Shown here piece by piece: positions 9,935-21,541 of a stretch of DNA of 64,000 bases (its first letter is position 1; the number at the start of each line of letters is the position of its first letter). The stretch comes from an uncultured cyanobacterium. GTDB taxonomy: Bacteria; Cyanobacteriota; Cyanobacteriia; Cyanobacteriales; Cyanobacteriaceae. A model generated the notes under the pieces. The model was not told where the DNA came from. It worked only from the letters and a program-made list of their open reading frames with translations, and made no database searches. The translations under genes were made by a program, and so were the position numbers. The stretch lies in NCBI GenBank assembly GCA_963749915.1, contig CAVVOP010000021.1, positions 384,001 through 448,000 of the forward strand, read 5' to 3'.

Positions 9935-10222
9935 ATGAAACTAATTAATTGTTGTGCTTCTGCTTGTCGTTATTGTAGATTCTATAATCCTGAAGGGAGA
10001 CGAGGGGGAATGTGTTCACAACTGGGAGTTTTAGTTAAAGCGGAGTGGAAATCCTGTAATTTGGCCGCCCCAGCTTTTAATACTGAATGGCAAACCCTTC
10101 CAGAAATTGCTGCACTAGAAAAATCCTTTTCTTTAGGATGTGCTACCCCTCAAGCTAATTTAGAAGCAGAATCGGCTTCTCATGGTCTTAGTGAAACAAA
10201 AACACTGTCGGATATATTTTAG
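9935..10222 (+). CDS. Cys-rich hypothetical protein
   Basis: ACRYCRFYNPEGRRGGMCSQL...WKSC; ATG 9935 preferred over the upstream TTG. Confidence 0.7.
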   Translation: MKLINCCASACRYCRFYNPEGRRGGMCSQLGVLVKAEWKSCNLAAPAFNTEWQTLPEIAALEKSFSLGCATPQANLEAESASHGLSETKTLSDIF

Positions 10223-10274
10223 TTATTAATAATATATTTCAGTTATTAATAGTAGATGTTTTTTGCTCAATCAA

Positions 10275-10379
10275 TCAATCATTCATTTTCTTAACTCCGT
10301 CAAATAACATCAACAAACCCCCCAAAATAATGGCTAGAGCCAGTATTCCTAAAATTGAATCCAACTGATTTATCTCCAT
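10275..10379 (-). CDS. 34-aa single-transmembrane microprotein (not in ORF track)
   Basis: Manual translation MEINQLDSILGILALAIILGGLLMLFDGVKKMND*; 44 bp downstream of menB on the same strand. Confidence 0.6.
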   Translation of the reverse strand: MEINQLDSILGILALAIILGGLLMLFDGVKKMND

Positions 10380-10423
10380 ATATCTTTTTTTTGATAAAAT
10401 TACTCATTGTCCATTGTTCATTG

Positions 10424-11263
10424 CTACGGTAACCAAGGATATTGACGGAAATTGGGCGATCGCTTCTCTAAAAAAGCTTGTTTTCCTTCTGTACCTTCCT
10501 CTGTTAAATAGTATAATAAAGTGGCATTTCCTGCCAACTCTTGCAACCCTACTTGGCCATCACAATCGGCATTGAAGGCAGATTTTAAACAACGAATCGC
10601 CGTAGGACTTTTTTCGAGGATTTCCTGTGCCCATTTTATCCCCTCAGATTCTAAATCTTCTAGAGGAACAACAGTATTAACTAACCCCATATCTAAAGCT
10701 TCTTGAGCGTGATATTGACGACACAAAAACCAAATTTCACGGGCCTTTTTTTGTCCCACAACACGAGCGAGATAACTAGCACCAAAACCGCCGTCAAAAC
10801 TGCCCACTTTTGGCCCTGTTTGCCCAAAAATAGCGTTATCCGCCGCAATAGTCAAATCACAGATTAAGTGTAAAACATGACCACCGCCGATGGCATATCC
10901 AGCAACTAAGGCAATAACAACCTTGGGAATAGAGCGAATTAATCTTTGTAAGTCTAAAACATTTAAGCGAGGCACGCCGTCATTTCCGATATATCCCCCT
11001 TTTCCCCTCACACTTTGATCTCCACCGGAACAAAAAGCGTATTTGCCATCAGTATGAGGACCCGCACCTGTCAATAGAATAACTCCAATGTTTTGATCTT
11101 CCCTGGCATCGCAAAAAGCAGAGTAAAGTTCACATACTGTTTGAGGACGAAAAGCATTACGTTTCCAGGGGCGATTAATAACTATTTTGGCGATCCCATC
11201 ATATTTGAAATATAATATGTCGTCGTATGCTCCAACGGTTTCCCAATTAACACTCATGGACAA
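10424..11263 (-). CDS. menB: 1,4-dihydroxy-2-naphthoyl-CoA synthase
   Basis: [28 protein letters not shown]. Confidence 0.97.
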   Translation of the reverse strand: MSMSVNWETVGAYDDILYFKYDGIAKIVINRPWKRNAFRPQTVCELYSAFCDAREDQNIGVILLTGAGPHTDGKYAFCSGGDQSVRGKGGYIGNDGVPRLNVLDLQRLIRSIPKVVIALVAGYAIGGGHVLHLICDLTIAADNAIFGQTGPKVGSFDGGFGASYLARVVGQKKAREIWFLCRQYHAQEALDMGLVNTVVPLEDLESEGIKWAQEILEKSPTAIRCLKSAFNADCDGQVGLQELAGNATLLYYLTEEGTEGKQAFLEKRSPNFRQYPWLP

Positions 11264-11361
11264 TCTAATAAATTTGGTAACTGTGGATCATTATACTCTG
11301 AAGGGTTACTATTATATTTGCAAGATACCAGATACAATATATTATATTTAAACTGTCTGTA

Positions 11362-12108
11362 ATGAATCAATGTGAATGGGTGGGTAAAGTGTATCTTGTC
11401 GGTGCAGGACCCGGAGATCCGGGGTTATTGACAATTAAGGGTAAAACTCTCCTTGAATTGGCGGATGTGGTGGTTTATGATGCCTTGGTAAGTGCGGAAA
11501 TTTTGGCAATGATAAATCCTTATGCCCAAAAAATCAATGCAGGGAAACGTCGTGGTCGTCACTCCTTAGCTCAATCGAATACTACACAATTATTGATTGA
11601 AAAAGCAAAAGAACACCCCATAGTCGTGCGCTTGAAAGGAGGAGATCCTTTTGTGTTTGGTCGTGGTGGTGAAGAAATGTCAGATTTGATTGCTAAAGGG
11701 ATTCCGGTGGAGATTATTCCCGGTATTACGGCTGGTATTGCCGCCCCTGCCTATGCAAATATTCCCGTTACTCATCGAGGTTATAGTTCATCAGTTACCT
11801 TTGTTACGGGTCATGAGTCGGCGGGTAAATATCGTCCTGATGTTAACTGGAAAGCCATCGCCCAAGGTTCGGAAACTATTGTTATTTATATGGGTATTCA
11901 TAATTTAAGTCACATTATCCCCAAATTGATAGAGGCAGGTTTGGACGAAAAAACCCAAATCGCTTTGATTCGTTGGGGTACAAGACCAGAACAAGAAGAA
12001 TTATATGGTACTTTAGCAGATATTATCGATCAGTTAGAAAAAACTGGTTTCACTGCCCCTGCCATCGCCATTATTGGTAAAGTAGTCGGTTTTCGGCAAC
12101 AAATCTAG
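11362..12108 (+). CDS. cobA: Uroporphyrinogen-III C-methyltransferase
   Basis: LVGAGPGDPGLLT, VVRLKGGDPFVFGRGGEE. Confidence 0.95.
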   Translation: MNQCEWVGKVYLVGAGPGDPGLLTIKGKTLLELADVVVYDALVSAEILAMINPYAQKINAGKRRGRHSLAQSNTTQLLIEKAKEHPIVVRLKGGDPFVFGRGGEEMSDLIAKGIPVEIIPGITAGIAAPAYANIPVTHRGYSSSVTFVTGHESAGKYRPDVNWKAIAQGSETIVIYMGIHNLSHIIPKLIEAGLDEKTQIALIRWGTRPEQEELYGTLADIIDQLEKTGFTAPAIAIIGKVVGFRQQI

Positions 12109-12239
12109 TTAACGTCAATTCAACTGTACAGTAACTGACAATTCTCCATTCTGGTGAATCTCCACTTATGAGCTAGGTTCCGCCGCCCAAGGCATGAAAA
12201 TGCTGGTTAATTAACTTTATTGTCGCCCCTTGAGCTATT

Positions 12240-13373
12240 TTACATCAGCTGAGAGCGAAAGCGTTTAATGCTAATAGTTAATAACACGGTAGCAAAGATC
12301 AAAAGAGCGATGGCATCATGCCAAATTTCTCCTAAACCGACACCCTTAAGAATTAAACTACGATTAATGGCAACATAATGACGTAAAGGATCGAAGAAAG
12401 ATAAAAAGCGAAATACTGAGGGCATACTTTCAATGGGTGCGATGGCTCCTGAAAGTTGGATAATTGGTACATTGAAAAAGAAAGAAGTTAAAATTACCTG
12501 TTCTTGTGTACGGGATAAAGTAGCAAGTAAAAGACCAAGACCAATACAGACAAATAGATAAAGTCCTGATAATAGTAGAAATAAAGCGAAATTACCGCTA
12601 AATGGTAGATTAAAAACTAAACGGGATATCCCAGAAGCTAACAGTACATCTCCCATTAATAAAATAAATAAAGGTACAATTTTTGCAAGCAAAATTTCCC
12701 ATTCTGCGGCGGGAGTCATCAGCAGTTGTTCAAGAGTGCCAACATCTTTTTCACGAATTAAAGTTACCGAAGAAACTAACGAACCAGTTAAGGTTAAAAC
12801 AATTCCAATTACTCCGGGTACAAAAAACCAACTACTAATTAAACCAGGATTATAAAGAAACCTAATTTGCGGTTTCACTGGTGCGGGAGGACAATCAACT
12901 TTTTGACAACGCAACTTTTGACTATATTGACGAACAATTTGGTTAATATATCCTTGAGCAATACCGGCCGTATTAGCATCAACACCATCAATAATTACTT
13001 GAACTTCAGCCGTTTGACTGGACGACAAATTACGATTAAATTCTGGTGGAATTACCAAACCAACGTCAATTTCTCCAGTACGAACTTGTTGATTCAAGAT
13101 ATCCTGGTTATTGGGCGTATATTTAAGTTGAAAAATCCGATTTTCTGTTAAAGCAGACAATAATTCTCGACTTTCTTTGCTATTAGCATAATCTAACCAA
13201 GCTAAACTCAGGTGTTCAACATCGGGACTAAGTGCCGAACCAAAAATTAATAATTGAATTGTCGGCGGAAAAATTAACAGAAAAATTAACTGTTTACTGC
13301 TAAAAATTTGACGAATTTCTTTGAGCATTAAAGCCCAAAAACGGCTTTCTAAAAGGCGATGCAGAGTTTTCAT
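12240..13373 (-). CDS. ABC-2 type transporter permease (YbhR/YbhS-like)
   Basis: REKDVGTLEQLLMTP, multiple transmembrane segments, extracytoplasmic loop. Confidence 0.9.
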   Translation of the reverse strand: MKTLHRLLESRFWALMLKEIRQIFSSKQLIFLLIFPPTIQLLIFGSALSPDVEHLSLAWLDYANSKESRELLSALTENRIFQLKYTPNNQDILNQQVRTGEIDVGLVIPPEFNRNLSSSQTAEVQVIIDGVDANTAGIAQGYINQIVRQYSQKLRCQKVDCPPAPVKPQIRFLYNPGLISSWFFVPGVIGIVLTLTGSLVSSVTLIREKDVGTLEQLLMTPAAEWEILLAKIVPLFILLMGDVLLASGISRLVFNLPFSGNFALFLLLSGLYLFVCIGLGLLLATLSRTQEQVILTSFFFNVPIIQLSGAIAPIESMPSVFRFLSFFDPLRHYVAINRSLILKGVGLGEIWHDAIALLIFATVLLTISIKRFRSQLM

Positions 13374-13560
13374 GGCTAAACAATTTTATTTAACGTTTGA
13401 GAAGAATAAAATTATTGACTAATCGAGAAAAACTCTCAAATCTTTCACTTATTGATCAAGGTTTTTCCTGTCGTAGGAAATTCCCGATTCAGCACTTTTA
13501 CTGTACAATGGTATTCCTGGGTCTAAATATAACAAATATATTAAGGAGAAATTAGTAAGT

Positions 13561-14169
13561 ATGTCTCGATATACAGGACCTCGTTTGAGGATAGTGCGTC
13601 GTTTGGGAGATTTACCCGGCTTAACTCGTAAAAATGCTCGTCGTCAATATCCCCCTGGACAACACGGACAAAACCGCCGTAAACGCTCAGAATACGCTAT
13701 CCGTCTTGAAGAAAAACAAAAACTTCGTTATAACTATGGTGTCAGCGAAACACAATTAATTCGTTATGTCAAAAAAGCCCGTCGAGTAACTGGTTCTACC
13801 GGTCAGGTATTATTACAATTATTAGAAATGCGTCTCGATAATACCGTTTTTCGTCTTGGCATGGCACCTACAATTCCGGGCGCTCGTCAATTGGTGAACC
13901 ATGGTCATATTATGGTTAACGATCGGGTAGTGGATATTGCTAGCTATCAATGTCGCCCCGGGGATGTTGTTAGCGTTAGAAAAAGAGATCGCTCTGTTAA
14001 TATTGTTAAAAATAATCTTCTTAACCCCGGTTTAGCTAACCTCCCTAGTCATTTAGAATATGACAAAGATAACCTCGTCGGTAAAGTTAACGGTGTTATC
14101 GAAAGAGAATGGGTTGCTTTAAATATCAACGAATTACTCGTAATTGAGTATTACTCTCGGAAAGCATAA
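13561..14169 (+). CDS. rpsD: 30S ribosomal protein S4
   Basis: [10 protein letters not shown]..., [22 protein letters not shown]. Confidence 0.98.
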   Translation: MSRYTGPRLRIVRRLGDLPGLTRKNARRQYPPGQHGQNRRKRSEYAIRLEEKQKLRYNYGVSETQLIRYVKKARRVTGSTGQVLLQLLEMRLDNTVFRLGMAPTIPGARQLVNHGHIMVNDRVVDIASYQCRPGDVVSVRKRDRSVNIVKNNLLNPGLANLPSHLEYDKDNLVGKVNGVIEREWVALNINELLVIEYYSRKA

Positions 14170-14235
14170 AGGAATATTTGTTTTGAGATTACAAGTACAG
14201 AGTATCATCGGGCGACGGATCTTCAAATAAGAATT

Positions 14236-15099
14236 TTAGTCGTTCATTGTACTTGATTTACCAATTCCCGACAAAGTCTTTTGAAATAAATGTATATCTC
14301 TTTGAGGAAAGGGAATAGATATACCCTCTGCATCTAATCGTTTTTTGACATTTTCATAGGTATTAAAATAAACTGTCCAGTAATCCTCTGGTTTTGCCCA
14401 AGGACGAATGGCAAAATTTACGCTACTATCGGCTAATTCCATAACGGCTATAGTCGGTTCAGGATCTTTTAAAACTAAAGGATCACTTTCGATTGCCTCA
14501 GAGATCACTTGTTTTACTTGATCAATATCCGCATCATAAGAAACGCCGATAACAGTATCTACTCTTAGTTTTCCTGTTACTGTATAGTTGATAATATTCC
14601 CCCCTGTGAGAGTTGAGTTAGGTGCGATTACTCTTTTATTATCAGGAGTAATCATAGCTGTAGTAAATAACTGAATGTCTTCAACTTTACCTAACACCCC
14701 ATCCGTTTCAATTAAATCACCAACATTGAAAGGACGGAAAATAATAATCAGAACTCCTGCCGCAAAATTAGACAAAGAACCTTGCAATGCCAAACCTATA
14801 GCCAAACCAGCTGCACCTAAAATAGCAATAATTGAGGCAGTTTGTACTCCTAAACGATTAAGACAAGCAATGATGGTAAAGATGATGATGACATAATAGG
14901 TAATGTTGATTAAAAAAGAACTCAGTGTGACATCAACATTAGCTTTGTCGGTGAATCGCCGAACTATTTTACTTATTAATTTTGCAGCCCATCGACCAAT
15001 TAAAAAAATGGCAATAGCGGCAATAATATTAGTGCCAAATTGGATTATTAGCTCATATATTACATCTAATATTCCATTTATATTGGTTATGTCATTCAT
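14236..15099 (-). CDS. mscS: Small-conductance mechanosensitive channel
   Basis: GAAGLAIGLALQGSLSNFAAG, RPFNVGD, IPFPQRD. Confidence 0.92.
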   Translation of the reverse strand: MNDITNINGILDVIYELIIQFGTNIIAAIAIFLIGRWAAKLISKIVRRFTDKANVDVTLSSFLINITYYVIIIFTIIACLNRLGVQTASIIAILGAAGLAIGLALQGSLSNFAAGVLIIIFRPFNVGDLIETDGVLGKVEDIQLFTTAMITPDNKRVIAPNSTLTGGNIINYTVTGKLRVDTVIGVSYDADIDQVKQVISEAIESDPLVLKDPEPTIAVMELADSSVNFAIRPWAKPEDYWTVYFNTYENVKKRLDAEGISIPFPQRDIHLFQKTLSGIGKSSTMND

Positions 15100-15366
15100 G
15101 GATTTAACTAAAGTATATAATTGATTTCAATGACCCGCTTCTGACGGATATAAGTACAAGTAAATAATAATCTATTGTTTGAGTCAATGTGTACTTGGCA
15201 AGAGCACAATTTGATGTTACACAGCAAAGAGATTAAAATAGCAGACCTTAATTTAGTCTAAACTACAGGTAATAAAAAACAAGGGATATTGTAAAAACCC
15301 CTTGCTATCTTTTATGTAAAAGTATATAACATTTGCTGTTATAATACAAATGAAATAGGCTAAAAA

Positions 15367-16452
15367 CTACTCAACCGCTGATGGAATAAGTTCTTCTTCC
15401 CCAGCAGTGTCATTAGTATCTGTATCATTTGACATGACCGAAACTGTTTCACTCTCATCACTGGGTATATTTTCAATGGTTACATCTTCTTCTGGAGAAA
15501 CACCTTCTAACTCTGATGGAGCTACCTTAGTAGTCTCAGCATCATCAGCTAATAATTTCTCCCTGAATTTAACCGCCATTTCTTCGGCTTTTTCAAAGAC
15601 TAAATCACGATTTTTAAGCATATCACCGGGTTCAGGTTCTAATTGCTTAGTAGAGAGAGAAATACGTCCTCTTTCAGCGTCTAAGTCAATAATCATCACT
15701 TTTAACTCATCATTAACATTAAAGACACTGTGAGGGGTATCAATATGATCATGAGAAATTTCGGAGATGTGCAATAAACCACTAACACCGCCAATATCGA
15801 TGAAAGCACCATAAGGTTTAATACCACGTACCGAACCAATTACCACTTGGCTAACTTCTAAACCGTTCATCTTACGTTCAACTAAGGCACGACGATGACT
15901 GAGTACAAGACGATTACGCTCTTCATCTACTTCTAAAAATTTGAGAGGCAAATCTTGACCAACTAAATCTTCTTTAGTATCTTTAGCACTAATATGAGAT
16001 CCAGGAATAAAACCCCTCAAACCTTCCACTCTCACTAATGCACCACCACGATTAGTAGCAAACACATTGGAATATACCGTGGCATCTTCTTCTTGTAATT
16101 GACGAACTCTCTGCCAAGCACGCATATACTCAATACGACGAATAGAAAGAGTTAACTGACCATCTTCATTTTCATCGGTAAGAATAAAAAACTCTCTGGT
16201 TTCATTAGGTTGTAAGACCTCATTTGGGTCATCAACTCTATTGATAGAAAGCTCTTGCACGGGAATATAAGCGGCAGTTTTAGCTCCTATATCAATCAGA
16301 GCCCCCCTTGGCTCCATACTAAAAACAGTTCCAGCAACGATGTCACCAGGACTAAAATGATAATCATACTGATCTAACAGGGCGGCAAAATCTTCATGGG
16401 TAAAGCCGATGTTACTATTGTTTAGGGTTTCTGTCTGACTGACCATAGGCAT
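15367..16452 (-). CDS. rpsA: 30S ribosomal protein S1
   Basis: Three S1 domains (GALIDIGAK, GFIPGSHI, GAFIDIGGVSGLLHISEIS). Confidence 0.95.
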   Translation of the reverse strand: MPMVSQTETLNNSNIGFTHEDFAALLDQYDYHFSPGDIVAGTVFSMEPRGALIDIGAKTAAYIPVQELSINRVDDPNEVLQPNETREFFILTDENEDGQLTLSIRRIEYMRAWQRVRQLQEEDATVYSNVFATNRGGALVRVEGLRGFIPGSHISAKDTKEDLVGQDLPLKFLEVDEERNRLVLSHRRALVERKMNGLEVSQVVIGSVRGIKPYGAFIDIGGVSGLLHISEISHDHIDTPHSVFNVNDELKVMIIDLDAERGRISLSTKQLEPEPGDMLKNRDLVFEKAEEMAVKFREKLLADDAETTKVAPSELEGVSPEEDVTIENIPSDESETVSVMSNDTDTNDTAGEEELIPSAVE

Positions 16453-16873
16453 TTTATTTATTGTTTCAAATTTACTTACTATTGCTATAATTTCGAATCC
16501 CTCCTCAGAAACTTAACGTTAATTAAAGTTTACTGGCTAACTAATTGATATTCCCATTATTTTTATCTAACGAGTTTAAACTCCTTGCCCATAAAATCTG
16601 CGATTGCTTTTTGAGCTTTTTTAGATTTTTGTGCTCACAACTAAGTTATGATTGACATGGAGCGAACTATACACACACCTACCAGGTTTTAACTTTTAAT
16701 GGTTAATCTTCTGGGTAACGTTCATTTTCGGTTGATTCCTTTCGGGGGAAATTGGATTGGCGAATAATAGCCAATTATTTACTCTAACACCAAAAAGGTG
16801 CAAAATTTATTGTTTATAGTAATATTATAAAGAATTTTGAAGATACACGCTTCAGCCTCGAGAAGTTCTTTTG

Positions 16874-17335
16874 TCATTTTTTTTGTTTGTTTCGCAGATC
16901 CTTAAGGGTTGTGACAAAGTCTTCAATGCTAGTGAACTTACCATAAACCGAAGCAAAACGAACATAAGCAACCTCTGACAAACTACTTAAATGACCTAGC
17001 ACTAATTCACCGATGTCTTCACTGGTTATTTCTCTAGGGAATTTTTCTTCTATATCCGACTTAATATTATCCACCAAAGATTCTACTAATTCTGAATCAA
17101 GCCCTGTTTTTTCACAGGCACGAACTATACCCCTTAAGATTTTAGAGCGATCAAAAGACTCTGTACTGCCATCTTTTTTGATCACGGTAATCGGTACAAA
17201 TTCGATTCTTTCATAAGTGGTAAAACGATGATGACACCTTAAACATTCTCTCCTACGTCTAATACTCTGTCCTTTCTCAGTGGTGCGAGACTCCAATACT
17301 CTAGTGTTATCATAATTACAAGAAGGACATAGCAT
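16874..17335 (-). CDS. nrdR: Transcriptional repressor NrdR
   Basis: MLCPSC...[15 protein letters not shown] zinc ribbon, ATP cone, [10 protein letters not shown]; start set at 17335. Confidence 0.95.
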   Translation of the reverse strand: MLCPSCNYDNTRVLESRTTEKGQSIRRRRECLRCHHRFTTYERIEFVPITVIKKDGSTESFDRSKILRGIVRACEKTGLDSELVESLVDNIKSDIEEKFPREITSEDIGELVLGHLSSLSEVAYVRFASVYGKFTSIEDFVTTLKDLRNKQKK

Positions 17336-17611
17336 ATTTTTTATACTTGAGTGAATAGGCAAAATAAAATTGGACTTTGCCGCCTTTGTCAGAAAACAAT
17401 CAAGAAGCAACGGTGGGAAAATTTGAGGATTTATATACCGAAATTGATTTTTTTGAGATATTTTTATCTTTAAAATAAACAAAAAAAGTCTCCTCCTCTA
17501 CCATCTTAACTAAATCATGGATTTTATCAAGACAGAGGAAAAAGACTTTTAATATATTTACTAACTAAGAAGGCGAAACAATTGAGTCTAACCGCCCTAG
17601 TTTCTCACTAT

Positions 17612-17707
17612 CTATTTTTGAATTCTAGGAGGCTCACGAAAAGCTACAGCGAAAAATAAAACTGCAATCATCATGGTCAACACCAGAATATAAGCAACAC
17701 TTTCCAT
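17612..17707 (-). CDS. psbT: Photosystem II reaction centre protein T (not in ORF track)
   Basis: Manual translation MESVAYILVLTMMIAVLFFAVAFREPPRIQK*, directly downstream of psbB. Confidence 0.97.
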   Translation of the reverse strand: MESVAYILVLTMMIAVLFFAVAFREPPRIQK

Positions 17708-17832
17708 TTTTTTTCCTATGTTATAGTTGTGTTTTCTTGTTTGAGAAAGTTAGAATAACTTAAGTTTTTGAGGATTAAGTAAGGATAGAAAGAAAATTAA
17801 ATTTATTCTCTCCATCTCTCACTTAATAAAAA

Positions 17833-19365
17833 TTATGCGGATTCTGCACGACGAGTGGATTTATCCCCTACTTTTTGGAAGAATCCCCATTCTACTTGGT
17901 CCGGATCTAAATCTGGATCAATACCGGCGAATACATCACGAAAGAGAGTACGCGCACCATGCCAAATATGACCAAAGAAGAATAGTAATGCAAAACAAGC
18001 ATGACCAAAAGTAAACCATCCACGAGTACTCGTACGGAATACACCATCGGAGTTGAGGGTTTCAGTATCAAAAGCAAAAGGCTCGCCTAATTGTGCTTTA
18101 CGGGCATAACGTTTAACATCAAGAGGATCACTAAAAGTCTTACCGTCTAAGTCTCCACCTAAGAAGGAGACAGTTACACCAGTTTGCTCAATACTTAAAG
18201 CCGACTCGGCGCGACGGAAAGGAATATCAGCACGGACAACACCATCACTATCGGTTAAAACGACAGGGAAAGTTTCAAAGAAGTTAGGAAGACGACGCAA
18301 AAATAATTCACGACCGTCTTTATCTTTGAAGATAGGATGTCCTAACCAACCTTGAGCAATACCGTCACCTTTATCCATAGGACCAGTACGGAATAAACCA
18401 CCTTTAGCTGGGCTATTACCTACATAATCATAAAAGGCTAATTTTTCAGGAATTGCGGCCCATGCTTCTTCTGCAGTAGCACCATTAGCAATGTTAGATT
18501 GTACTCGGCGCTGAATCTCTTGTTGATAATAACCCTGATCCCATTGATAACGGGTAGGTCCAAATAATTCTACGGGAGTAGTTGCACTACCATACCACAT
18601 TGTTCCAGCGACGACGAAGGCGGCGAAGAATACGGCGGCGATACTGCTAGACAATACAGTTTCAATGTTTCCCATACGAAGAGCTTTATAAAGTCTTTCG
18701 GGAGGACGAACACTGAGATGGAATAAACCAGCAATAATACCAACGATTCCTGCGGCAATATGGTGGGCTACCACGCCACCAGGGTTAAAGGGGTTAAAAC
18801 CAGCAGGGCCCCATTCTGGAGCTACGGGCTGAACGTGTCCCGTTAAACCATAGGGATCAGATACCCACATTCCAGGTCCCCATAATCCAGTAAGGTGGAA
18901 TGCACCAAAACCGAAACAGAGTAATCCAGATAAGAATAAATGAATACCAAACATTTTAGGTAAATCGAGAGCCGGTTCGCCAGTACGAGAATCGGTAAAT
19001 AGTTCTAAATCCCAGAACACCCAATGCCATACTGCGGCTAAAAAGAGTAATCCAGAAAGTACGATGTGTGCGATCGCCACACCTTCAAAAGACCAAAAAC
19101 CGGGATCAATGCCTGTTTCACCGGTAATACTCCAACCCCCCCATGATCCAGTCACGCCTAAACGTGCCATGAAGGGCAGAACAAACATCCCTTGTCTCCA
19201 CATGGGATTTAAAACGGCATCACTAGGATCAAATACAGCTAACTCGTACAGAGCCATAGATCCTGCCCAACCCGCTACTAATGCGGTGTGCATTAAATGC
19301 ACCGCAATTAAACGACCGGGATCGTTAATTACAACTGTGTGTACTCGATACCAAGGTAGTCCCAT
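17833..19365 (-). CDS. psbB: Photosystem II CP47 protein
   Basis: [12 protein letters not shown]...; 510 aa. Confidence 0.99.
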   Translation of the reverse strand: MGLPWYRVHTVVINDPGRLIAVHLMHTALVAGWAGSMALYELAVFDPSDAVLNPMWRQGMFVLPFMARLGVTGSWGGWSITGETGIDPGFWSFEGVAIAHIVLSGLLFLAAVWHWVFWDLELFTDSRTGEPALDLPKMFGIHLFLSGLLCFGFGAFHLTGLWGPGMWVSDPYGLTGHVQPVAPEWGPAGFNPFNPGGVVAHHIAAGIVGIIAGLFHLSVRPPERLYKALRMGNIETVLSSSIAAVFFAAFVVAGTMWYGSATTPVELFGPTRYQWDQGYYQQEIQRRVQSNIANGATAEEAWAAIPEKLAFYDYVGNSPAKGGLFRTGPMDKGDGIAQGWLGHPIFKDKDGRELFLRRLPNFFETFPVVLTDSDGVVRADIPFRRAESALSIEQTGVTVSFLGGDLDGKTFSDPLDVKRYARKAQLGEPFAFDTETLNSDGVFRTSTRGWFTFGHACFALLFFFGHIWHGARTLFRDVFAGIDPDLDPDQVEWGFFQKVGDKSTRRAESA

Positions 19366-19667
19366 TGACTACGCTCCTCCTATTAATGTTATTTTTACTA
19401 AATGGGGAATAGATCCAGTTTACTATAACCGTTAAGGGTTTTGCCTTTCAAAAATGGTTCTTGAATAGAATAGCCCTATGATCTTTATTTTATGTTAAAA
19501 ATTCTATCTTTTCTTAGAACTTATGGCAAGATGTTTTTTCCAATGAACAATTATTAAAATAGCGGCTCAAGTTGAAGTTTCGGGGAGAAGAATCTTGGTC
19601 GAGTTAGCATCTCAGTTTCTTTTTAGTGATGATTACTGATCATCTTTCTCGTACCTGTACCCCAACA

Positions 19668-20243
19668 TTACTTATCCACTGGCACTAATTCGCTGTTAAA
19701 CTCGTTGAGAGTTTTGCGTTTTAATTCTACGGATTCCGAACGGGGTACTAAGTCAAAAACCTTGCGTAAAACATCATCTACGGCTTCAAATTCGACTTGT
19801 CCGATTTCATCGAACACGACTTGCCCTTTTTGATCTAAGACAACGGTTTGAGGAATACCTCCTTTATAATAATGACCAACTTCATCAGGTTGAAAATTGC
19901 CTTTCGGAGAAATGGTATCCACTGTGATAGGAATAATACTGGCGGCACGACCGTAAAATTCTTGAAAACGAGAGACAATAAAAGCAAATTGCTTGGAATC
20001 GCTATTATCATCGAGATAATACACCAAAATAACAGGCATTTCTCGATCTAAAGATTGTTTTAATGTCAGCTTAGAGGGGACTAATGAACCGTTACCAGCA
20101 TAAACCACGAAAATATTGCCATCATAGCGGTCATTATTAATATCTGCACGGCCAATATCAGGGGAACTGAACCAGAAGGTCAAAGTGCAAATAAAAATGA
20201 TAAGGATACGTTGAAAGGCAGAGTAGCACAGAGTCATTGACAT
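19668..20243 (-). CDS. Thioredoxin-fold thylakoid protein (Slr1796-like photosystem I accumulation factor)
   Basis: Signal-like N-terminus, DRYDGNIFVVYAGNGSLVP, IPQTVVLDQKG; start uncertain. Confidence 0.7.
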   Translation of the reverse strand: MSMTLCYSAFQRILIIFICTLTFWFSSPDIGRADINNDRYDGNIFVVYAGNGSLVPSKLTLKQSLDREMPVILVYYLDDNSDSKQFAFIVSRFQEFYGRAASIIPITVDTISPKGNFQPDEVGHYYKGGIPQTVVLDQKGQVVFDEIGQVEFEAVDDVLRKVFDLVPRSESVELKRKTLNEFNSELVPVDK

Positions 20244-20327
20244 AAATTTAAGTTTGATTTTTGAGATATAAAAAATAAGACCTTGATCTAGAATATGGAA
20301 ACAGATCTTCATTGTCAAAAGAAAACG

Positions 20328-20798
20328 ATGAACTCATCCAGTAATAATAAATCTTCTTCTACTGTTAATAAATATTTTGTCAATACTCATTATGGGTTAT
20401 TTAATTTATATCCTTCTGCATCAGTTATTGATATTAGAAGAGCTTATCGGGAGTTAAGTAAACTCTACCATCCCGATACAACTAATTTACCTTTAGAGGA
20501 AGCAAAACAAAAATTTCAACGGTTAAATGAGGCTTATGGTATTTTGGCAAATCCCGAAAAGCGATCGCTTTATGATTTACAAATCGGTTATTCCCGTTGG
20601 AATGTGATTCAGAGTCCCTATGATTTTTCCCCGTCATCACCAGAAAAAGAAGACTCTATGAGATCAGCTTATTTAGATCCTACCGAAAGACCGCTATCTA
20701 GTGGAGAATTATTTGCATTATTGTTAATGGGGACAACAATTCTTGGTTGTATGTTATTAGCCATAACTATTGCTTGGTTGAGAACTTCTAGTATATAG
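20328..20798 (+). CDS. J-domain protein with C-terminal transmembrane helix
   Basis: IRRAYRELSKLYHPD...FQRLNEAY. Confidence 0.9.
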   Translation: MNSSSNNKSSSTVNKYFVNTHYGLFNLYPSASVIDIRRAYRELSKLYHPDTTNLPLEEAKQKFQRLNEAYGILANPEKRSLYDLQIGYSRWNVIQSPYDFSPSSPEKEDSMRSAYLDPTERPLSSGELFALLLMGTTILGCMLLAITIAWLRTSSI

Positions 20799-20852
20799 TG
20801 ATAGTTGGTTGTCAACCTTAAATCCTATCTTTTGCCTGACATCAAGAAAATA

Positions 20853-21125
20853 ATGGCCAAATTAACCCCTAATAGTCCTTTATATAATTTTCCCTTGCCT
20901 GAAATTGAAAATTGGTTAAAACAAATGGGATGTGAACAAAATCCCCAAGCACTTAATTGTTGGTATGTAAAAAAACGAGGATGGGAAGCGGAAATAACAT
21001 TAGAAATAGAGGATCTTAATGTTAATTATGTCAATGCAGGGGCAGATGGTAGCGATATAAAAAGATCATTTCGTTACTCCCTTTCTCGCAGAGATATTGA
21101 AGACGCTGTTTTTTCTGGACCCTAG
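20853..21125 (+). CDS. DUF3143-like conserved protein
   Basis: PLYNFPLPEIENWL...SFRYSLSRRDIEDAVFSGP. Confidence 0.75.
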   Translation: MAKLTPNSPLYNFPLPEIENWLKQMGCEQNPQALNCWYVKKRGWEAEITLEIEDLNVNYVNAGADGSDIKRSFRYSLSRRDIEDAVFSGP

Positions 21126-21352
21126 CATTGAAGACAAGGAGACAGGTGGTGGTGGAGAACGGAGAGACTAGTGGAAGAATGCAGAATTAGGAATGTAGAA
21201 TGCAGAATGAAAAATCTTTAATTTCCAGGGCTTACAAAAATTTAAAACTCTCGTTTTATTTCAGCACTCTATCACTAGAGGATTATGTTTTCAAAAATTA
21301 CAACTCCTGGGAACTCCCAAGTCATTATTAGTTGTTCATCATTTATTGTCTT

Positions 21353-21541
21353 ATGAGTTCTACAAAAGAAAAAGTCGAATCAATGTTGAGAAAATTGCCC
21401 GATGATTGCACAATTGAAGATATACAGTATCATTTATATGTATTGGGCAAAGTTCGTCAAGGGCTACAAGTTGCGGATAGAGAAGGGGTTTTACAACAAG
21501 CAGAAGTAGAAGGATTGTTAAATAAATGGCTTATCGAGTAG
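21353..21541 (+). CDS. Putative antitoxin
   Basis: KLPDDCTIEDIQYHLYV..KVRQGL; overlaps the toxin start. Confidence 0.7.
   Translation: MSSTKEKVESMLRKLPDDCTIEDIQYHLYVLGKVRQGLQVADREGVLQQAEVEGLLNKWLIE

Noticed and set aside
12110..12235. Possible ncRNA between the convergent cobA and ABC permease genes
   Set aside because: Only a weak palindrome; no match to an RNA family I can recognise
17336..17482. Long N-terminal extension of NrdR
   Set aside because: NrdR begins at M-x-CP-x-C; the extension is intergenic AT-rich sequence
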